DNA of 64,000 nucleotides from Nitrospirota bacterium (GTDB lineage Bacteria > Nitrospirota > UBA9217), in the NCBI GenBank assembly GCA_963845065.1, contig CAWJQQ010000009.1, positions 832,001 to 896,000 of the forward strand. The letters are read 5' to 3'. Position 1 is the first letter of the stretch, and every line of letters starts with the position of its first letter. Shown here in pieces: positions 11,178 to 22,049 of this stretch. Below the pieces are notes generated by a model that saw only the letters and a list, made by a program, of their open reading frames with translations, was not told the origin of the DNA and made no database searches. The position numbers were made by a program, and so were the translations under genes.

Positions 11178-14100
11178 TTATTGGCTCAATATGGCGAGAT
11201 AGCTGAGTGGCTCACTCCCAATGCTGGTAAAACTTCCACCTATGTAGACAGAACTACCGCTTACGGCAAGGGCAGAGACGGCGTTGTTCGCGTTCGGGTT
11301 CCAGGCCGTGACAGCGCCGGTTGTTGCATCAATCGCCGCGATATGATTCCTAACCTGGTTTCCGATGAAGTCAAAGCTTCCTCCTGCGTAGACCGTGTTC
11401 CCGCTCACGGCAAGGGCAGAGACAGGGTTGTTCGCGTTCGGGTTCCAGGATGTGGCAAGGCCTGTTGTTGAATCAATTGCCGCGATATAATTGCTCGCCT
11501 GGCCCCCGATGTTCCCAAAGCTTCCACCCGCGTAGACGGTGCTCCCGCTTACGGCAAGGGCAGAGACGATGCCGTCCGCGATCGGATTCCAAGAGGTGGC
11601 AAGGCCTGTTGTTGAATCAATTGCCGCGATATAATTGCTCGCCTGGCCCCCGATGTTAGCAAAGTTTCCACCTACGTAGACGCTGCTCCCGCTCACGGCA
11701 AGGGCAGAGACGGTGCCGTCTGCGTTCGGGGTCCAGGCGGTGCTGACAGTCCCGTTTGAATCAATCGCCGCGATATAAGGACTCGGCTGGCCCCCGATGT
11801 TCTGAAAGCTTCCCCCCGCATAGACCGTGCTTCCGCTTACAGCAAGGGCAGAGACGGTGCCGTCTGCGTTCGGGGTCCAGGCGGTGCTGACAGTCCCGTT
11901 TGAATCAATCGCCGCGATATAAGGACTCGACTGGCCCCCGATGTTCTGAAAGCTTCCCCCCACGTAGACCGTGTTTCCGCTTACGGTGAGGGCAGAGACG
12001 ATATTGTCAGCGTTCGGGTCCCAGGCAGTGACGACGATGCCGGTCGAATCAATCGCCGCAATATTATTCCTCACTTGTCCTCCGATGCTGGTGAAGCTTC
12101 CCCCCGCATAGACCGTGTTCCCGCTTACGGCAAGGGCAGAGACAGTGTTGTTCGCGTTCGGGTTCCAGCCGGTAGCAGTGCCAGTTGTTGTCTCAATCGC
12201 CGCGATATAATTCCTCACTTGTCCTCCGATGCTGGTGAAGCTTCCCCCCGCGTAGACCGTGTTCCCGCTCATGGCAAGGGCAGAGACAGTGTTGTTCGCG
12301 TTCGGGTTCCAGCCGGTAGCAGTGCCAGTTGTTGTATCAATCGCCGCGATATAATTCCTTGGCTGACCTCCGATATTCTGAAAGCTCCCCCCCACGTAGG
12401 CCGTGCTCCCGCTTATGGTAAGGGCAGATACATTGCCGTCTGCGCTCGGATTCCAGGCGGTGGCCAAGCCACTTGTTATGTCAATCGCCCCAATATAACT
12501 TCTAGCTTGACCCCCGATGCTGGTAAAGCTTCCCCCCGAGTAGACCGTGCTCCCGCTCACGGTAAGGGCAGAGATGGTGCCGACCACGTTCGGATTCCAA
12601 GCGGTGGCCAAGCCACTTGTTGAGTCAATCGCCGCAATATTACTTCTAGGTTGGCCCCCGATGTTCTGAAAGCTTCCCCCCGCGTAGACGGTGCTGCCGC
12701 TTACGGCAAGGGCAGAGACGGTACCGTCCGCGTTCGGGTTCCAGGCGGTGATGGCAGTGCCGGTTGAATCTATCGCCACGATCCAAGCGATCGGCTGGCC
12801 CCCGATGTTAGCAAAGTTTCCTGCCGCATAGACCGTGCTGCCGCTTACGGCAAGGGCAGAGACGGTACCGTCCGCGTTCGGGTTCCACGTGTGATCGACT
12901 GTGTTATTGGAAAGAACATGTGCGATGTTGCTGCATGGATTGCCGCCGACAGAGGTAAACGTCCCCCCGATATACCAACCGCCGCTCCCGTCCGCAGCAA
13001 CAGCATTAATAGTGCCGGTGACTACAGGAAAATCCGCCGGTAGCTCTCCGTTTGCTGCATCGATGGGCACACCGCTTCCGGTCTCTGGCCCTACCCGCGA
13101 AAAATTACCGCCGATGTAGATCGTCCCGTCTGCGCCTACGGCAACCGCAGACACAGGTCCATTTGTGACTAGGGCTGCAGTTGCCGTCACCGACACCGTT
13201 ACCGTATACGACGCCGTAGAGCCGTCAGACGCCGTCACGACGTAGATCACAGGGTTCTTAAAGTTATTCAGAGACGTGCCACTCACCTGAACGGTCGCGC
13301 CAATGTTAACGCTTGCGCCGGTTGCGGTGAACGTAGCAACCAGGCCAGTGACGTCAGTTCCATACGGTACGTTCACCGCAATGGTTTTTGCGTTTTCATC
13401 GATCGTTCCCGTTGCCGCGGAGTTCATAAATGAGAAAGCGGTTATGGCTTTTGCAGAATTGAGTGCAACAATTACCGTCACCGTATACGTTGCTGTAGTG
13501 CCGTCGGACGCTGTCACGACATAACCTACCGGGTTCGTAAAATCATCCGGCGTCGCGCCACTCACCTGAGAGGTAGAGCCTACGTTAACGCTTGCGCCGG
13601 TTGTGGTGAATGTAGCTATCAGCCCGGTCACGTCCGTTCCGTACGGTACAGTCACTGTAATGGTCATTGCGTTCTGATCGATCGTCCCCGTTGCCGCTGG
13701 GTTGGCGAATGAGAAAGCAGTTATGGTCTTAGCCGTGCTTAGTGCGACTGTTACGGTCACTGTATATGCCGCGGTCGTGCCATCCGCTGCAGTTACTGTG
13801 TAGGTCACGGGGTTCGTGAAGTTGTTCGGCGTCGTGCCGCTAGCCTGGACGGTAGCGCCTACGTTAACGCTTGCGCCGGTAGTGGTGAACGTGGCTACCA
13901 ATGCGGTCACGTCCGTTCCGTACGGTACGGTCACTGCAATGGTCAACAAGTTCTGATCGATCGTCCCCGTTGCCGCTGGATTGATGATTGAGAAGGTTGC
14001 AATGACTTTCGCGGAGCTCGGTGCTATCGTCACCGTCACTGTATACGTCGCCGTCGAGCCGTCTGCCGCCGTCACGACGTAGACCACCGGATTCGTGAAG

Positions 14101-14411
14101 TCATTCGGTGTCGTGCCGGTAGCCTGGACGGTAGCGCCTACGCTAACGCTTGCGCCGGTCGTGGTGAAAGTGGCTATCAACGCTTTCACACCTGTTTCAA
14201 ATGGTACGGTAACCGCAATGGTTTTTGCGTTCTCATTGATCGTCCCCGTTGCCGCTGGACTCGTAAATGAGAAGGCGGTTATGGCTTTTGCAGTGGAAGG
14301 CGGATTGGTTCCGTTGTTTCCTCCTCCCCCCCCACCTCCTCCTCCGCTGCACGCGGGCAAGAGAATGGACGCTGAGAAAAACAATACAAGCATTTTCTGG
14401 CAAAATTTCAT
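11178..14411 (-). CDS. Large surface lipoprotein: 4 Ig-like (DUF5018-like) repeats plus about 14 beta-propeller repeats
   Basis: Lipobox LPA-C and poly-Gly linker; four ~93-aa AKxITAFSF...DFTNPVxYxVTA.DG..A.YTVTV units; twelve 48-aa WNPNA..TVSALAVSG.TVY.GGSF units plus two divergent ones. Confidence 0.88.
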   Translation of the reverse strand: MKFCQKMLVLFFSASILLPACSGGGGGGGGGNNGTNPPSTAKAITAFSFTSPAATGTINENAKTIAVTVPFETGVKALIATFTTTGASVSVGATVQATGTTPNDFTNPVVYVVTAADGSTATYTVTVTIAPSSAKVIATFSIINPAATGTIDQNLLTIAVTVPYGTDVTALVATFTTTGASVNVGATVQASGTTPNNFTNPVTYTVTAADGTTAAYTVTVTVALSTAKTITAFSFANPAATGTIDQNAMTITVTVPYGTDVTGLIATFTTTGASVNVGSTSQVSGATPDDFTNPVGYVVTASDGTTATYTVTVIVALNSAKAITAFSFMNSAATGTIDENAKTIAVNVPYGTDVTGLVATFTATGASVNIGATVQVSGTSLNNFKNPVIYVVTASDGSTASYTVTVSVTATAALVTNGPVSAVAVGADGTIYIGGNFSRVGPETGSGVPIDAANGELPADFPVVTGTINAVAADGSGGWYIGGTFTSVGGNPCSNIAHVLSNNTVDHTWNPNADGTVSALAVSGSTVYAAGNFANIGGQPIAWIVAIDSTGTAITAWNPNADGTVSALAVSGSTVYAGGSFQNIGGQPRSNIAAIDSTSGLATAWNPNVVGTISALTVSGSTVYSGGSFTSIGGQARSYIGAIDITSGLATAWNPSADGNVSALTISGSTAYVGGSFQNIGGQPRNYIAAIDTTTGTATGWNPNANNTVSALAMSGNTVYAGGSFTSIGGQVRNYIAAIETTTGTATGWNPNANNTVSALAVSGNTVYAGGSFTSIGGQVRNNIAAIDSTGIVVTAWDPNADNIVSALTVSGNTVYVGGSFQNIGGQSSPYIAAIDSNGTVSTAWTPNADGTVSALAVSGSTVYAGGSFQNIGGQPSPYIAAIDSNGTVSTAWTPNADGTVSALAVSGSSVYVGGNFANIGGQASNYIAAIDSTTGLATSWNPIADGIVSALAVSGSTVYAGGSFGNIGGQASNYIAAIDSTTGLATSWNPNANNPVSALAVSGNTVYAGGSFDFIGNQVRNHIAAIDATTGAVTAWNPNANNAVSALAVSGSSVYIGGSFTSIGSEPLSYLAILSQ

Positions 14412-14972
14412 TGTGATATCTACCTCACATTATAAAAATTCTATATTATTGGCTTGCGGGGCTGCATTATATGCCTATTCCACTTCAACGGACGTCAGGT
14501 AATTCGAACTGCTTACGAACAAAAATTGCAGGGCCTTTGAATCCACGCTGTCACAGTGGTTTAAATTTTGATGCATTCGTGTCCAAATCCAAAGCCACAA
14601 AAGAAAGGTAATTTAATGATGATTCTATCACAATCGCAGGTCTGAATTCAGCAAAAAACTTTATACAAAAAATTTAGGGCGTAGCGATAGAGGCGTCTGG
14701 CGGCAGGCAAGTGGAAGACTTCGGTACTTCAGTAAAATAGGCAACATGGCGTAATTGCACGCTGTTAGAATGTTTGAAAGCAAAGGCCTAGAGTTTGCAA
14801 TTTATATATGCAACAGGGCCGTGTGAACATGAAATATACCGGCACTTAACAGAAAAAGGTTACCCGTGTCTAATTAGTTTTATAGGAGAGAAGTATGGCA
14901 TGTGGTAATGTATTCGTTGATGGAGCATGATTTAATCTATGGAGGTGGTGGTACGTGTGAGTATTTGTGGCT

Positions 14973-16094
14973 TTAAGGATCCGGTTCGATGAGATTGATA
15001 TACGCGACGCCGGCACTCGTTGTATCAGCAGCAACGGAAAAATATAAGGCGCTACTCGATGCAATCAACGTGCAATCCTCGGGTGTTGTTCCCCCTAAGA
15101 AAGTATTATCAGTCAAACAGCTCGCCGGCGTCGTAAACGTGCTGTCGCTACCGAACACTTTAAGGTTTGCATTTTCTGTAAGTCCGGTGATGCTGACCGT
15201 GTAACGCGTGCCCACGGACAATCCGCTGACCGTGTAAAAACTTGTTCCAGCCCAGGCAACCTGGCCGGGTGAGGGTGTGTTGACAGTGAGCGCGATCGGG
15301 GAGCCTATGCTCCCCTCATTCGACGGCGCTGGGATGATTGGCGTTGGTGTTGTCAGTGCTGTGAATTGGATTGTGGCAGCTGAGCTGAAAATCCCATCTA
15401 TGATAAAAAATAGAGTGCCGCTAGAGGAAACCAACGTGCAGTCTTCGGGTGTTGTGCCGGAAAAACGCGTATTGTTGATAGAGCAGATAGCTTGTGTTGA
15501 GAAAGTATTGTCATTGCCAAAAATATAGAGGACAGCGTTATCGGAAAGGCCGGTAATGCTCGTTGTATAGGTCACTCCAGGCGAAACCGTAACGGCAGAA
15601 ACCAGGGCTCCCGTCTGAGTTGTGGTGCCAGGAAATGGAGTCGAAAGGGTCATATTGGTCGTGGTAAGAAGTTCAATGTCGATCGTGTAGGTGGCAGCTC
15701 CACTCGATAGAAATGAGCCGTCAACACCGAAGTAGAGAGTGTTCCCCGTGGCGGCCATGACACAATCCTCAGGCGATGTCCCGATTATGTAGGTATTGTC
15801 GATTGCGCACTGTACGAGCGTTGTGAAGGTACTGTCCGTTCCGAACACAAGGAGATCGGTGTCGTCAACTTGGTTCGTTATGCTGATCTTATAGAGGGCG
15901 CCTGGAGACACTGTAGCAGAATAAGCGTTAAAGCCTGAGCGTTCGACAGTATCGGAAAGCGGCGATCCGACAGTCAAGACGAATGGCGGTGGTGGTGCCC
16001 ATTCTCTCCGATGACCATTGCCGCATGCTGTTAAAACTACGGGAAATAATAAAACCAGTATTATATATACTCTTGATGAGAATCTCGACTCCAT
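14973..16094 (-). CDS. Hypothetical lipoprotein with three Cys-paired beta-sandwich repeats
   Basis: Lipobox LTA-C; three Y.xSIT.L...A.L.VFG.D.TF.T...C..xNT...GTTPEDC repeats. Confidence 0.75.
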   Translation of the reverse strand: MESRFSSRVYIILVLLFPVVLTACGNGHRREWAPPPPFVLTVGSPLSDTVERSGFNAYSATVSPGALYKISITNQVDDTDLLVFGTDSTFTTLVQCAIDNTYIIGTSPEDCVMAATGNTLYFGVDGSFLSSGAATYTIDIELLTTTNMTLSTPFPGTTTQTGALVSAVTVSPGVTYTTSITGLSDNAVLYIFGNDNTFSTQAICSINNTRFSGTTPEDCTLVSSSGTLFFIIDGIFSSAATIQFTALTTPTPIIPAPSNEGSIGSPIALTVNTPSPGQVAWAGTSFYTVSGLSVGTRYTVSITGLTENANLKVFGSDSTFTTPASCLTDNTFLGGTTPEDCTLIASSSALYFSVAADTTSAGVAYINLIEPDP

Positions 16095-17169
16095 GCGGCA
16101 TTCTCCCTTCCGATTCGAAGCACCTCCAGACGCACGATGGGAGATTGTTATACTCTCAAATAGTTTCGAAACAATTTACATTAATTCGACAAAAACATGC
16201 CACTTTCCCTCATCTTTACTCTATACATGGATGCTTTGCATCCTTGATTGGGGGGGGGTAAGTGGGGCTGAAAGCCACCCTAACGCTCCAATCCATCGGC
16301 ATAGCCTCCGACTTGTACAACATCTTCTCGTTGTGTCAACATGCCCTCCGTATGGGAGAAAAGTTCCAACTACTTTTTATTTATTATAGCTCAAATTATT
16401 AAGAAAGGTTACTGGGCATTGCAACTCACGGCATCTGCCCGAAATTTGGAAACCATATTCATGATAGAGCGCATGAGAATACAGTTAAAAAAGGCAAGAA
16501 TATAATCGTTCCATAAGTTTTAAACAGTTATATGGTTTAAGTTAATGTAAAAATAATATTGCACCAGGTGCCGACAAATGCATACTCCACAAATGGTTTA
16601 TAAATAGAAGAGATATACTTTTGTCGTATGTGAACTCGGCTTTTCAATTAGGTCGACTTGGCGCTGCTTAAACTTCCAGAATATAAGGAAACCCACTGCA
16701 AATGTACCGTTGAAGTCCAATTAAGGTGCGGCATGCTTGCAGGACTAATATATTTGGGAGGTAAGACTATTTTCCGCATAACGTGAAGCGCACTATTTAA
16801 AAAAATATGGTAACAGGATACGGTGATAAAGTCAGTTATAAACGCCTTGCCAAAGGCAATCACGGTTTGAGAATCCGGCTATTTATCTGGACCGACTATT
16901 TTTTATTATACCAAGTAGGTGAAAAATTGTATGTCTATTACTAAACGACCCTTACCTGATTGCTCGCAACCAGCGACTCTTACACTTACCCTGAGTGAGG
17001 AGGTTTACGGACCGAATGATTATTTTAATGATAGTCGCTAAATCGCAGGCCTCTTCATGGCCTCTTCCAAGTAGTTACATGACGGCTATGCAGGATTTGC
17101 TGGAGAGAGTGAATATGAGTGATCCTTGATGTCGACTAGAATTTATGTTGCAGATTGCAACTGAATTGC

Positions 17170-18096
17170 CTAAGAACGCTTTGTCCATGTTACGCCGTCA
17201 CGAGAGGTGAGGATGATGTTGCTCCATCCCACGGCCACAAACTGAGAAAGGCCCCCGGACCAGACAACGCCAAAAAGGGAATTTGATGTGCCAGAAGACC
17301 GTTGCGTCCATGTTACGGCATCTGGAGAGGTAAGGATGGTTCCCGTATCTCCTACGACAACATATTGCGTTCCGGACCACGCAATACCGCTCAGGCCGTT
17401 TGATATCCCGGATGTCTGAATTACCCACGTCACTCCATCGGGAGAGGTAAGGATAGCGCCATTATTACCTACTATCACAAACTGTGTCCCTGACCATATT
17501 ATGCCACCAAGGGGCTCTGTACTGCCCGAAGTTCGTACTGTCCAGGTAACTGCGTCTGGAGAGGTAAGGATTGTGCCGTCATACCCGACAGCAACGAACT
17601 GAGTTCCGGACCAGGCAAGGCCATAAAGATTCGTCGAAGTGCCCGATGTCTGCAGAGTCCATTGTGCTCCCGTCGGTGAGGTAAATACGGCGCCAGAATC
17701 TCCAACTGTCGCGAACTGAGAACCGGACCAGACAACACCATAGAGATCAATAATTGTTCCCGACGTCTGCATAGTCCACGATACTCCGTCGGGAGAAGTG
17801 AAAATAACCCCTTGGTTGCCAACTGCCGTAAATCGTGTTCCAGACCATGCAACATTTAGCAGTGACTTTGTTGTACCGGAGTTCTGGTAAGTCCACGATA
17901 ATCCGTCAGGGGAGGTTCGGATAATGCCGCAGTTTCCCACTCCAACATATTGGGTGCCCGACCAAATAAGACCAAACAGCCCGCTCTCTGTTGGTTCATT
18001 GCCGCCACCACAAGCCACAAGGACAAACGGAAGCATCACATAAACAAGCCGCATAGCGAGGGATTTTATCAAGGAAACCCTCCTGGAATCCATCAT
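17170..18096 (-). CDS. BNR/Asp-box-like 7-bladed beta-propeller lipoprotein
   Basis: Lipobox LVA-CGGG; seven ~39-aa WSGTQFVAVG..G.ILTSPDG.TW...SG repeats. Confidence 0.85.
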   Translation of the reverse strand: MMDSRRVSLIKSLAMRLVYVMLPFVLVACGGGNEPTESGLFGLIWSGTQYVGVGNCGIIRTSPDGLSWTYQNSGTTKSLLNVAWSGTRFTAVGNQGVIFTSPDGVSWTMQTSGTIIDLYGVVWSGSQFATVGDSGAVFTSPTGAQWTLQTSGTSTNLYGLAWSGTQFVAVGYDGTILTSPDAVTWTVRTSGSTEPLGGIIWSGTQFVIVGNNGAILTSPDGVTWVIQTSGISNGLSGIAWSGTQYVVVGDTGTILTSPDAVTWTQRSSGTSNSLFGVVWSGGLSQFVAVGWSNIILTSRDGVTWTKRS

Positions 18097-18110
18097 AACC
18101 TAAATTTATT

Positions 18111-19835
18111 GTAACTATTCAGATCCCACTGGAGCGAAAACTATTCTGGGCTAGCCGGATAACATGAAATCAGGCGACCGACCTTCAAATAAAAGCGTCA
18201 AGGCTTCGGTTGCCGTGATGCCCTGTTTCCGGCAGGTGGACAAATAACTTCGAATTCGGCAGAAGATCAGCGCACCATCCCAGGAGCGGAAGCACCCTGA
18301 TATCTTCTGTTGAACCTTCGTCATCCGGATGTCATTTTCAGCCTGATTGTTCGAGAAAGGCACATCAGGCACAACCATGAATCTCAGTACATCGTTCTGG
18401 TAATCGCGAAGCCGTTCCAGAAGATTTCTTGCTTTGGAACGAGGAAGCTTGCCCCTGCTCCCTTGTCGCTGTGCTTCTTTCGGGGTGGGGCACTCCTTAT
18501 CAGCCTCAGCGAGCAATTTCCGATACCGTTTCCGGTAGCGCTTAGACTCCGGAGCCGGAAGCACGCCGCCTGCATCAAGAACAGCCTTGTTCATCTCTTT
18601 GAGCAGGTCCGACATCTTAGAGGCCCATTGCTGTTTGTCCTGTTCAAAGGCATTTTCCAGTTCCCTGAGATGGTGAGCATTGCACAGGGCATGGAATGCG
18701 CCATACTTAAAGTAGGGTTTCCAATGATCGTGACAGAGGATACCCTTAAACGTTGGAAGTATCCCCATTGCATCCATCGCCTCGGTCCCTCGTTTTTCAT
18801 GAGGGAAGAAACAGGTCCAGTCGGCATTGGATGCGCTGTGAAGCCAGTATCGCTTGCCGCCGATATTGACGCCGGTTTCATCGACATGAAGCACCGCTGA
18901 TATGGCAAGCTGTACCCTGACCCACTTGTCAAAGTGTTCCAGGCGCTCATAGGCTTCCTGGTTGAAATTGAAGATGGAGCCCCCGCTGACGGGAATCCGC
19001 AGCTGCTCCAGAAAATGATCCTCAATGCGATTATACGGGATCAACTGGAATTGCGACATATAGATCGAGTTGACCTTAACGCTGTTGCCATATTGCACCG
19101 GCCGGGTGACTCCATCTGGAAACGGGGCCACATAGCGCTTACCCTGCTGGTCTTTCAGTATCTCGGCCCGATACTCCGTCACCACTCGCGAGATGTTCAG
19201 GTCGATGACTTGCCGGACTTCATAGCCGGCTTCCTGATAGCGACCGCGAGGTAGGACGCTTCTATCAACCGGTAGAATTTTGATTTCATCAGGATCGGGA
19301 ACCGGCTTCAGCGTTGTGCCGGAACGACCCTGTTGTCCTCCTGGCTTGCGGCCGCCTTGCCCTCTGGGCTTCTTCTGCCGATTGGGATCCATCGACGGCG
19401 GCGTGCTGCTGTTCTTACTGTTGAGGCCCAACTTATTCACAAGGAGCGGCACCAGAAGCAACAGCACTTCAAGACTTGCTTTGAGCGCCGGTGACATTTC
19501 TTTTTCTTCGGCGATCAGTGTTTTGACTCGCTCGATTGTGGCTTCAACGTTTATGTTTTGTATCGTCATCCTGAATATCCTGTCTTTGTGATGGAGCATT
19601 GTACCACAGGTTTTCAGAACGACTTATTTGGCGCGAGGTTTGTCACTCGTGCAATTATATTTTCTCAGTCACTCCTTCTATGTCGCGCATAATTGACGGC
19701 ATGATTGGATGCTTTCTGTTTCGCACATGGGCTATTTGTGCATGGTTTGTGACGGCGATGCTGCCTCATATTATTTTATGAAAACCTTGTCAAGAACAAT
19801 TTGCATTTTTATCAAATATTTTACTGAATAGTTAC
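18111..19835 (-). mobile_element. IS66-family insertion sequence (single-ORF, TnpC-only type)
   Basis: Perfect 12-bp terminal inverted repeats GTAACTATTCAG (18111) / CTGAATAGTTAC (19835); 8-bp target duplication AATTTATT at 18103-18110 and 19836-19843. Confidence 0.93.
18151..19599 (-). CDS. tnpC: IS66 transposase
   Basis: NSKNSSTPPS, HVDETG, HDHWKPY, CNAHHLREL and NNQAENDIRMTKVQQKISG motifs; true start may be ATG 19569. Confidence 0.93.
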   Translation of the reverse strand: MLHHKDRIFRMTIQNINVEATIERVKTLIAEEKEMSPALKASLEVLLLLVPLLVNKLGLNSKNSSTPPSMDPNRQKKPRGQGGRKPGGQQGRSGTTLKPVPDPDEIKILPVDRSVLPRGRYQEAGYEVRQVIDLNISRVVTEYRAEILKDQQGKRYVAPFPDGVTRPVQYGNSVKVNSIYMSQFQLIPYNRIEDHFLEQLRIPVSGGSIFNFNQEAYERLEHFDKWVRVQLAISAVLHVDETGVNIGGKRYWLHSASNADWTCFFPHEKRGTEAMDAMGILPTFKGILCHDHWKPYFKYGAFHALCNAHHLRELENAFEQDKQQWASKMSDLLKEMNKAVLDAGGVLPAPESKRYRKRYRKLLAEADKECPTPKEAQRQGSRGKLPRSKARNLLERLRDYQNDVLRFMVVPDVPFSNNQAENDIRMTKVQQKISGCFRSWDGALIFCRIRSYLSTCRKQGITATEALTLLFEGRSPDFMLSG

Positions 19836-19916
19836 AATTTATTCAGATGAGAATATCTCTGATTTTCGAAACAATATGCAAAGTGTGCTTTACGCGTATC
19901 GCACGGTTCTCGGCTG

Positions 19917-22001
19917 TCAGAAATTCGCGGAAAGTGTTAAGCGAAATTCACGCGGGTTCGCCGGATGCGTGGAAATGTCCGCCACGCCTGCCGGGGGTTC
20001 TCCCGGAAGTCGGGACACATAAAAATAGTCAATATCGCTGACCTGTGCGTTAAACACGTTCAAAACATCAAGGAATATGCGGCAATTATTGTTGAATTTA
20101 TAACCGACCCGGGCATCCACGATTGTGGACGCGTTGGATGTTACACTGCCGTCATCATAAAGGGGACGTGGTCCGAAATAACGCCCCCGCAGACTTGCGA
20201 GATAGCCGTCTATGCTATCAACAGAGGCTCCGGCAGAGGCTACCGCTTCGGGTGAACCAGGAATGTAGGGTCCGATAGGATCACCTACAAAGCGCGCATG
20301 AGATAAGGCTAGGTCCGCATCAAGTGTGAACCATGGGGTTGGCGTATAAAAGTTTGCCCATTCCACGCCGTACCGATGGCTTGCATAGCTCGGCGTGGTT
20401 ACACCGGCGTCTCCATCAAAGACGAGCTCGGAGGCCAGATTCAATGCCCAAAAGGTAAGCTCGCTTTGCGCATGGGGGATGATTGCGGTTCTCGCCCCGA
20501 TATCGAGGCCCTCTGCCCGCACGAGGGGGGTGACTTTGCTGGTCGGCAAGCCTGTCTGTGGGTCCACCGTCATGGTTGCTCCCCGTCCATCATTGCTGTG
20601 GAAGCCTTGGCCGGCATTTATATAGTATTCTGTTTTTCCCCAAGGTCCGAAAATCAGGCTCAGTTTAGGGCTCAAAAGAGAGCCGTGGGCCTCTCCAGAA
20701 TTGAGGGGATTGTTAGCCATAACATCCCAATAGTAATCGTCTTCACGGAGCCCCGCTATGCTGCGGAATTTTTCCGACCATTGAAAACGGTTCTGTACAT
20801 AGAGGCTCCCGCTCGTTTGGATGACATGGTCCTGCTCTATTACGGAAAGCTGCTGTTGATCCACGGTTTGGTAAAGTCCGACCGGATTGATGTCATCATT
20901 GCGTACCTGAAATCCTATCGTATTGACCATATCGTGATTAGCAAGCTTCATTATCCAATCATGGCTGATATTGAACCCGGACGTGACCCGATTATCGTAT
21001 TGATGAAACTGGTCGCCATTGACCTGATTTACCAGATCATACGTAAAGTTATTCCACAAATTCATTTGATACTTGATTACATAGGCATTCTCCCTCGTGA
21101 TTGCATTATCCGATGTCTGTTGCCCTTCCACGGAAAGGCTATATCGGTACGTGTTTCCTGCATCTGTGGGAGTGAGGGAGCCATAACGGGAGATCAGGTC
21201 CTCATCTATGGCGCGAATAGCGACCTGGTTCGTGGCATTCCAGGTACCGTTATAGCCCATGGCGGTTATACTGTAGCCGTTTTGCCCATCACCATGGCTG
21301 TAGCGAAGCACGCAATTAAATTTATTGTAGTTGTCAGGATTGACCCAGGGACCGTCATCATGGTACGCTTCTAAACCATAGAGCAGATGGCCTCCGGCAA
21401 GCTCGGGGGATCCCGCCACTAAAGCCCTGCGATATCCGTCGGTTCCTATGCCCACTATGGCGACATTCCGCTCCAGCATATTGCGGTAATCTATGTTGAC
21501 AGCGCCGGCAGCGGAAAAGTCTCCTTGATCCGCATAGTATGGCCCTTTTCTGTATTGGATGCTGCTGATAAGCTCCGGCATTAGGAAGTTCAAGTCCGTA
21601 TATCCCTGCCCATGCGCGTGGGTCGGCTCATTGATAGGCATGCCTGCCATCGTAGTAGCCATATCAGTTCCGTGATCAAGGTTAAATCCGCGTAAATAGT
21701 ATTGGTTTGCTTTGCCTTCGCCGCTGTGCTGACTGACAATCAGACCAGGAACTGCTTCAAGGATTTCGCCGGTCCGTAATATAGGCGTGTCCTCAATCTC
21801 TTTGGGCGTGATGGTCCCTTCTGTTGCTGAATCCGCAGAACCCACCAGATTCTCAGCAGAGTCTGTTATCTCTACGGTATCCAGAGTCTGCACACCGCCA
21901 CCGAAGACAGCTGTCGTGTGCCCAATGACGATAATAGAGATGCCAAGAGTGAGTTTCAAAAAACAGTAAGTGTTCCTAAATTTCCTCTTCAAAATCAACA
22001 T
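19917..22001 (-). CDS. TonB-dependent outer-membrane receptor, probably for nickel or a related metal
   Basis: TonB box DTVEIT; plug HSGEGKANQYYLRGFNLDHGTD...HAHGQGY; C-terminal Phe; last gene of the exbBD-tonB operon. Confidence 0.9.
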   Translation of the reverse strand: MLILKRKFRNTYCFLKLTLGISIIVIGHTTAVFGGGVQTLDTVEITDSAENLVGSADSATEGTITPKEIEDTPILRTGEILEAVPGLIVSQHSGEGKANQYYLRGFNLDHGTDMATTMAGMPINEPTHAHGQGYTDLNFLMPELISSIQYRKGPYYADQGDFSAAGAVNIDYRNMLERNVAIVGIGTDGYRRALVAGSPELAGGHLLYGLEAYHDDGPWVNPDNYNKFNCVLRYSHGDGQNGYSITAMGYNGTWNATNQVAIRAIDEDLISRYGSLTPTDAGNTYRYSLSVEGQQTSDNAITRENAYVIKYQMNLWNNFTYDLVNQVNGDQFHQYDNRVTSGFNISHDWIMKLANHDMVNTIGFQVRNDDINPVGLYQTVDQQQLSVIEQDHVIQTSGSLYVQNRFQWSEKFRSIAGLREDDYYWDVMANNPLNSGEAHGSLLSPKLSLIFGPWGKTEYYINAGQGFHSNDGRGATMTVDPQTGLPTSKVTPLVRAEGLDIGARTAIIPHAQSELTFWALNLASELVFDGDAGVTTPSYASHRYGVEWANFYTPTPWFTLDADLALSHARFVGDPIGPYIPGSPEAVASAGASVDSIDGYLASLRGRYFGPRPLYDDGSVTSNASTIVDARVGYKFNNNCRIFLDVLNVFNAQVSDIDYFYVSRLPGEPPAGVADISTHPANPREFRLTLSANF

Positions 22002-22049
22002 TCCACAAAAAAATATTATGCAATCCTTACGTACCCTTTTGATAATACT

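Noticed and set aside
14521..14600. Possible c-di-GMP-I riboswitch on the minus strand upstream of the large lipoprotein
   Set aside because: Lacks the GGCAAA and GACGCAAAGC core and the second hairpin
20376..21374. 332-aa ORF antisense to the TonB-dependent receptor, and similar shadow ORFs such as 29490-30356
   Set aside because: Fully overlap well-supported genes on the opposite strand and have no motifs
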